DNA of 64,000 nucleotides from Alphaproteobacteria bacterium (GTDB lineage Bacteria; Pseudomonadota; Alphaproteobacteria; Holosporales; JBOFFI01): NCBI GenBank assembly GCA_051648545.1, contig JBOFFI010000010.1, positions 19,383 to 83,382 of the forward strand, read 5' to 3'. Shown piece by piece: positions 58,557 to 64,000 of this stretch (position 1 is its first letter; each line of letters starts with the position of its first letter). The notes under the pieces were generated by a model. It saw only the letters and a program-made list of their open reading frames with translations, ran no database searches and was not told where the DNA came from. The position numbers and the translations under genes were made by a program.

Positions 58557-60050
58557 TTAAAACCCAAAGCTTGCTAAAACGTTTCCGATAGCTCTATCGT
58601 TTAAACGCACCATATAGCGGTTTTTCAAAGATTGAACATAGGCATGAATGATGTCATTTTTCAGCATATCTGCAGCTTTTTCTGAAAGCTCTTTTGTTTG
58701 CTCTGTGACTTGGCTTTGCGGTGCCTGCTCTAATTTCAGCAATTTTAGGATGTAGGCTCCCTTCTCTCCAGGAACGACACGAAAGGAGCCTATTCCCATT
58801 TCAAAAAGGGGTTCCTTCAAAACAGCAAGGTCTCCTTTCAAAGCCCCATCTGTTTTTTGCAGATCCTGAAAGTGAACCCAGGGTATGGTCGTGAAAGAAA
58901 GTTGGGGCGCTAATTCACTCGAAACACCCAGCTGATCTGCTAATGATACGGCCTCTTGGAAGGCAAGCTGATACTGGTGGAGCTCTTTCCACTTGTTCCA
59001 AACCGTTTCTTGAACTGCTTCAAAAGGTAGGGTTTTCTCAGGGGTCATGCCGTCAACCCTCAACACAAAGGCAACCTCATCGCCTGCCCATTCAAGGGGT
59101 TGATCTTCTTTCAGTTCAGCCTCGAAAGCTTTTTTCAAAAAGATCTGGCGAAATGACTGGGCTGCCGGAAAGTTATTGGGCCAGCGTGCGGTTTGCTGAA
59201 GTTCTCCCCTTGGGTTGATAGCTTCAATCACCCGTAATTGAACCCCGAATTTTTGAGCCACCTCTTCCAAGGTTTCCCCCGAAGCAAGGGCGTCATCTAT
59301 TTGTTTTGAGGTTTTTTGAGCCATGGTTTTGTCTAAAAACAAAACTGTAAGGGTCCGCGTTTCCAGTTGGGTGAAAGATTTGGCGTATTTCTGATGGAAC
59401 TCCCGAAGCGTTTTTTCATCAGGCTTTGCCTTGATGGCCTGTTGCGCAGCAGGGATCAGCACATAAGCGCCTTGGCGTTTTTGAAGCTTCGCTTTGGACA
59501 AAAGTGTTGTCAGCGTATCTGGAACCTGAGTGGGTGCAAGGAGTGCTTCGATCAATTGCATACGTTTGAGCTCTTTGCGTAAATTATTCACATAAACGCT
59601 TTCGCCTATCCTCTGGTGGCGTAAAAACGCTTCGAACAGCGCCGGATCCAAAGCCCCTTGCTTATTGTGAAACAGAGGGTTGATGCGAATCGCCTCACGC
59701 ACCTGATCATCTGTTGCAACAAGATTAAGGCTATCTGCCTCTTGGTCTAAGAGCGATTGCTGGACCATCTGGGTTATAACGGTAGTGGGAAGACGAAGCT
59801 GCACAACATCTTCTATGGAAATCGGGCGCCCTAAAGACTTTTCAACAGCCTTAATTCTATGGGCCAATTGTTGCCTGAAATCTGATGCAGAAAGCTCAAC
59901 ATCCCCAACTTTTCCAAGCACATTTAAGCCACTGTGGGAGTTGAAAATATCATTCATACCTGCAAAAACAGCGAGGCCTGCAGCAAGCAATCCAAGAATA
60001 ACTTTAGCAGGCCAGGTGCTTGCTAAATGTCGAAAGCGCTCTAAAATCAT
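58557..60050 (-). CDS. PpiD/SurA-N-domain periplasmic chaperone
   Basis: N-terminal TM after MILERFR, KVGDVEL, LLDQEA..LNL..TD, degenerate rotamase region. Confidence 0.8.
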   Translation of the reverse strand: MILERFRHLASTWPAKVILGLLAAGLAVFAGMNDIFNSHSGLNVLGKVGDVELSASDFRQQLAHRIKAVEKSLGRPISIEDVVQLRLPTTVITQMVQQSLLDQEADSLNLVATDDQVREAIRINPLFHNKQGALDPALFEAFLRHQRIGESVYVNNLRKELKRMQLIEALLAPTQVPDTLTTLLSKAKLQKRQGAYVLIPAAQQAIKAKPDEKTLREFHQKYAKSFTQLETRTLTVLFLDKTMAQKTSKQIDDALASGETLEEVAQKFGVQLRVIEAINPRGELQQTARWPNNFPAAQSFRQIFLKKAFEAELKEDQPLEWAGDEVAFVLRVDGMTPEKTLPFEAVQETVWNKWKELHQYQLAFQEAVSLADQLGVSSELAPQLSFTTIPWVHFQDLQKTDGALKGDLAVLKEPLFEMGIGSFRVVPGEKGAYILKLLKLEQAPQSQVTEQTKELSEKAADMLKNDIIHAYVQSLKNRYMVRLNDRAIGNVLASFGF

Positions 60051-60322
60051 CTCAATATTTCTTCTTTCTTGAAGCTTTGCTTCTCTTAAATCCTACCTTC
60101 CGTTTATAATAGATCTTTAACCCGAAAACAAGCGAAAGTGCAATACTTGTCTACAGCCTCTTGAAGCGTTCCCAAAACGAAAAGAGGACAGTTACTTATT
60201 TATACCGCGGACGTAAAAAGAAAATTTTTATCAGACAAATAGTCAATTAAACCAAAGGATAAAAATAAAAATATTTTAAAATAAAAAATTTAAATTTATA
60301 ATTTCTTAATTATTTTTTAAAT

Positions 60323-61717
60323 TTGAAGTTTATTTTAATGACCAGTTTTTTTAAGTTTATTTTATTTCCCTTAACTTTATTTCAAGCAGGCAGCTTAGAC
60401 AAAACTCCAGCATATGCTGGAGATAATATTCCAGATGGTTCTCCAACTCCATTTTGGCGCATCAAGCCTGACCCTCATGTTATTTTTCAAAAAGCAATCG
60501 AAGAGAATTTTTCTGAAGCGGACGATTTACAGAGGGCTTTAAGAGAGCTATCATTTCGTGATGCATGGCTTGATTTTTATTCTCGCAACATAGAATTTTT
60601 AAGGACAAAAATAGCTGAAGAAATACTGGTCTCAAAAAAAGAAAAAAACTCAGATTTCTCTGCTCCTTTTGCTCAAACTATGAATGTCATTTGGACAGGA
60701 GGACCGATGCCTAAGCATTATGTGTTAAATCTTGTTCAAGAGGCTCAAAATAAAAATCAAAAATTAATTGTCTGGGGTGATTATTCCCACGCACCTTCTC
60801 ATTGGCTACATGAATATGATTGGGAAGCACTGAGGACACCTAAAAACTCAACGTCTCCAATTTTAAAAAATATATTTGAAGATTTTGATAGTTTGATTCA
60901 GAAATTAAAAAATAAGACGCAAAAAATTGACGAATTGTTTTTTTTATTTGTGCGGTCTTTCGTACTGCACCTCTTTATTGCCTCTCGCTGTAAAGAGTTT
61001 GAATGGGATTCTCAGGGGGATTTCGACGAAGAATCTAAACCTTCTTCTTCTGAGACTCTACCTTGCTTTTTGTTTAAAAAAGAGAGGGTTCCAGAAGAGC
61101 TAATCGAGTATTTTCAAAGATTACAAAAATCTGGTAGAATCGAATTTCGCACACTTGAAGATTTAAAAATTCGTTCAAAAACCTTTCTTCCTACCTTTCT
61201 TCATCAAGGGTTGTGGGACGTAATTGATTTTGAGAAAAACGGCCTTTTTCCAAATTATGCGGCAGTCTCAGATGTTGCTCGTTTAATAGCCTTGGGCTTA
61301 GGGAATGCGAACCAGATTTATGTGGATTTAGATTCATTAAATCTAACACCTGAAATTGAACCTATTATAAACAAAACACAACTTGCAAAAATATCTTTTG
61401 CCAATAGTTTTTTGCTTTCAGGATGTGAAAATTCTTTTATAAAACCTGAGCTCTCAAGTATTTTATTGCGCTATAATTTTTTAAAAACACACGATTTGCT
61501 TCAATTGAAAAAAGGAATTTTTAAATATATCGGAACCATGTTTGCTACAGGTAATTATGGAAATGATCATAAACTGATTTTTGAGGATAGTTATCATTCT
61601 TGGCCCTATATAACGTTGTGGCATGATACAAGAAACGATTACAAAAGACTCAATTTTTTAGAAGGAAACTGGAGAGTGAAAAAAAAGACTCCCTTAAGTG
61701 CAGAAGCACCATTTTAG
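60323..61717 (+). CDS. Exported DxD glycosyltransferase of TcdA/B-catalytic or GT32-like fold
   Basis: NVIWTGGPMP, YAAVSDVARL, IYVDLD; signal-like N-terminus ending AYA; start likely ATG 60338. Confidence 0.7.
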   Translation: MKFILMTSFFKFILFPLTLFQAGSLDKTPAYAGDNIPDGSPTPFWRIKPDPHVIFQKAIEENFSEADDLQRALRELSFRDAWLDFYSRNIEFLRTKIAEEILVSKKEKNSDFSAPFAQTMNVIWTGGPMPKHYVLNLVQEAQNKNQKLIVWGDYSHAPSHWLHEYDWEALRTPKNSTSPILKNIFEDFDSLIQKLKNKTQKIDELFFLFVRSFVLHLFIASRCKEFEWDSQGDFDEESKPSSSETLPCFLFKKERVPEELIEYFQRLQKSGRIEFRTLEDLKIRSKTFLPTFLHQGLWDVIDFEKNGLFPNYAAVSDVARLIALGLGNANQIYVDLDSLNLTPEIEPIINKTQLAKISFANSFLLSGCENSFIKPELSSILLRYNFLKTHDLLQLKKGIFKYIGTMFATGNYGNDHKLIFEDSYHSWPYITLWHDTRNDYKRLNFLEGNWRVKKKTPLSAEAPF

Positions 61718-61812
61718 AGACAGGTTCTAATTGTTTCTCATCCCTCTGAATTTTTTGCAAGCGCAGTTTTGCAAGACTCTTTGGAGGGAATGAGTTTGTA
61801 CCAGAAATAGAA

Positions 61813-62664
61813 TTAAATTAACAACAAAGCCTTTGTGTAAAGCTCTCGTCGTGGCAGACCGGTTTGCTGGGCAACCATTTCCACCGCGTCCCTCAAAGAG
61901 GCAGATCGCTCAAGGGCTTGGGTGAGAAGAAGCGTTACATCAGTTTCTTGCAGGGATTGCCCTTTTTTTGCTCCCTCTACAAGAATGACAAGCTCTCCTT
62001 TTGCGGGGGTTTTTTCGTAATAATCAATGAGAGCAGACAAAGGGTTGCGCTGAACATTCTCATAGAGTTTGGTAAGCTCTCTGGCAACGGCAGCTTGCCT
62101 GTCTCCTAAAAGCTCCCTCAAAAGCTCCAAGGTTTGAACAAGCCTTCGCGGGGCCTCAAAAAAAATGAGCGTTACGGGAAGCTGGGTAAGCTCTTTTAAG
62201 AGCGTCCTTTGTTGAGCAACCTTGCGGGGCAAAAATCCTTGGAAAAAGAACCGATCAGGGGGAAGGCCAGAAAGGCACAATGCCGTTAAAACCGAGGAAG
62301 GGCCTGGCAATGCTGTTACAGGGATATCTTCCCTTAAACAAGCTTCCACTAATTTATATCCCGGATCTGAGATGAGGGGCATGCCTCTGTCTGAAACCAG
62401 GCCAACGGTTTCTCCCCTTTTCAATTTTTCTAGCACAAGGGGCCTCGCTTGTTCCCCATTGTGATCATGGTAGGGGATGAGACGAGGGGAGGGGAGGCGA
62501 TGTTGTGCTAAAAAACGCTGAATAACCCGGGTATCTTCACAAGCTAGATAAGAAACATGTCCTAGAAACTTCAGGGCTCTTAAAGAGATGTCATCATCAT
62601 TACCGATGGGAAGACCAACCAAAACAAGGCCTTGTGGCAAAATAGAGAACGCTTCATTTGTCAT
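61813..62664 (-). CDS. rsmI: 16S rRNA C1402 2'-O-methyltransferase
   Basis: PIGN..DISLRA, CEDTR, LVSD.GMPLISDPG, ARELTK.YE. Confidence 0.96.
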   Translation of the reverse strand: MTNEAFSILPQGLVLVGLPIGNDDDISLRALKFLGHVSYLACEDTRVIQRFLAQHRLPSPRLIPYHDHNGEQARPLVLEKLKRGETVGLVSDRGMPLISDPGYKLVEACLREDIPVTALPGPSSVLTALCLSGLPPDRFFFQGFLPRKVAQQRTLLKELTQLPVTLIFFEAPRRLVQTLELLRELLGDRQAAVARELTKLYENVQRNPLSALIDYYEKTPAKGELVILVEGAKKGQSLQETDVTLLLTQALERSASLRDAVEMVAQQTGLPRRELYTKALLLI

Positions 62665-62764
62665 TTTATAAAAAAACTGTTAGGGTTGGTGGGCTTTCTC
62701 AAAAAGATAAGGCTTTACGACTATTTTTAAAAGATAAATTTGTTTTATAACAGGTTGGCTTTTC

Positions 62765-63931
62765 ATGCAGCGCTGCTTTTTTTCATGTATTTCCTTGCTG
62801 TTTGCGGGAGTGTTGTCTTTATATTTATCTGGTTGCACCTCCTTTCAAGCAAAAGAAGGGCGTGTTTCTAAACACAGTCCTACGTCTCCCCCTGCTTTAA
62901 AACCGGGGAAAAAACCTTCTGTTCCCCTTAAGGTAGGGTTGTTACTTCCCTTGTCAGGCCCCCATCAACAGCTGGGAAAAGCGTTTCAACGGGCTGCAGA
63001 ATTAAGTTTATTTGACGGGGACGGTGCCACGAACATTGTGTTGGTTGCAAGGGATACCCAAGGAACCCAGCAAGGCGCTCAACAAGCCTTTTCATCTTGC
63101 CTCCAAGAAGGGGTTCAGGGGTTTTTAGGGCCTCTGTTTGCCTTTGAAGTCAAATCCATTCAACCCCTCCTGAAGCAGGCCCAAAAGCCACTTTTGACGT
63201 TTTCAACAGATACAACCCTTCTTGGAGACGGCATCTTCACCCTAGGGTTTTTGCCGATCCCCCAAATCCGCTGTATCCTTGAAGATGCATCTCAAGAAGG
63301 GTTGAAAAAAATTGCAGCAATCCTTCCCAAGGGAAGTTACGGCAAGCTTATGACCGAAGAAATTCAAAAATTTGCTTTTCAATACCAGTTGTCAGTGGAT
63401 GTGGTGGGGTATTATGACCCTAAGCGAATGGGGAATGATCAACAGGCCAAAGAAGAGCTTCAGGGCATTATGAATGCTTTGGAGCGTGATGCGTTTCAAG
63501 CTATTTTGATCCCAGAAGGTGGGAAATCATTGGAAAAAATTCTCGCCACCTTCTCCCAAGCTAACCTTTCTATGCCCTCGCCCCTTTTTTTAGGAACGGG
63601 CCAATGGCAGCAAAGCCAAACGGCTTCTTTTCCCTATCTTGAGCAGGCAAAAATTGCAGCTCCCAGCTTAGAAGGTTATAACCTATTTCAAAAACGTTTT
63701 TCAAAAGTGTACGGTGCACCTTGCCCACGGATTGCAACCCTTGCCTATGACGCCATCACCCTTATGAAAGCATTGGAACAACTTCCCGGACATTTTTCTA
63801 AAGAAAATCTCCTGGATGCTTCTGGGTTTCAGGGTATTGATGGCGCTTTTAGGTTTTTACCCAACGGCCAAATTGAACGGGGACTATCGATCCTGATTTT
63901 TTCAAAGGGAAAATGGGAAGTTTTTAAATAA
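62765..63931 (+). CDS. Penicillin-binding protein activator LpoA/LppC-like lipoprotein
   Basis: LSGC lipobox, VGLLLPLSG, LGPLF, LAYDA, GFQGIDGAFRF..NG..ERGL; divergent from rsmI as commonly seen. Confidence 0.85.
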   Translation: MQRCFFSCISLLFAGVLSLYLSGCTSFQAKEGRVSKHSPTSPPALKPGKKPSVPLKVGLLLPLSGPHQQLGKAFQRAAELSLFDGDGATNIVLVARDTQGTQQGAQQAFSSCLQEGVQGFLGPLFAFEVKSIQPLLKQAQKPLLTFSTDTTLLGDGIFTLGFLPIPQIRCILEDASQEGLKKIAAILPKGSYGKLMTEEIQKFAFQYQLSVDVVGYYDPKRMGNDQQAKEELQGIMNALERDAFQAILIPEGGKSLEKILATFSQANLSMPSPLFLGTGQWQQSQTASFPYLEQAKIAAPSLEGYNLFQKRFSKVYGAPCPRIATLAYDAITLMKALEQLPGHFSKENLLDASGFQGIDGAFRFLPNGQIERGLSILIFSKGKWEVFK

Positions 63932-64000
63932 AACTGTACAAAAATGTGCTGATTCCCAAAAAACAGAGAACCCCTCCTGTGCCTTTGTGAATGAGCCAAG

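Overview
A 64-kb chromosomal segment from an alphaproteobacterium that is probably host-associated (Holosporales/Holosporineae- or Rickettsiales-like; this is inferred from gene content, not a database hit). The backbone is shuffled housekeeping genes: ccmC, nadK, znuA, atm1, gap, miaB, fur, lpxC, bamD, ruvX, a LapB/LssB-type T1SS with TolC, an RND pump, tgt, dusB, miaA, greA, tmk, fabD/fabG, rplM/rpsI/rpmG, lysC, trxB, two MFS transporters, sodB, glyA, ppiD, rsmI and lpoA, plus four tRNAs. Scattered between them are signal-peptide-bearing orphan genes with eukaryote-directed motifs: F-box-LRR, LRR, a polyproline/tandem-WH2 protein, a Nudix fused to a large unknown region, a DxD glycosyltransferase of toxin type and an NDT-fold enzyme. 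The best leads are: (1) a queuine-salvage-type tgt paired with an exported nucleoside-deoxyribosyltransferase-fold protein; (2) an exported WH2 actin-binding candidate within a dispersed effector set, three members of which have Met right after the predicted signal cleavage site; (3) a promoter-driven structured RNA plus a 59-codon sORF at 11.2-11.6 kb; (4) dusB followed by an NtrC-derived Fis-like mini-protein; (5) an intact but catalytically eroded GlnA. I saw no CRISPR array, integrase or IS element. All family calls are motif recognition by eye; no searches were run.
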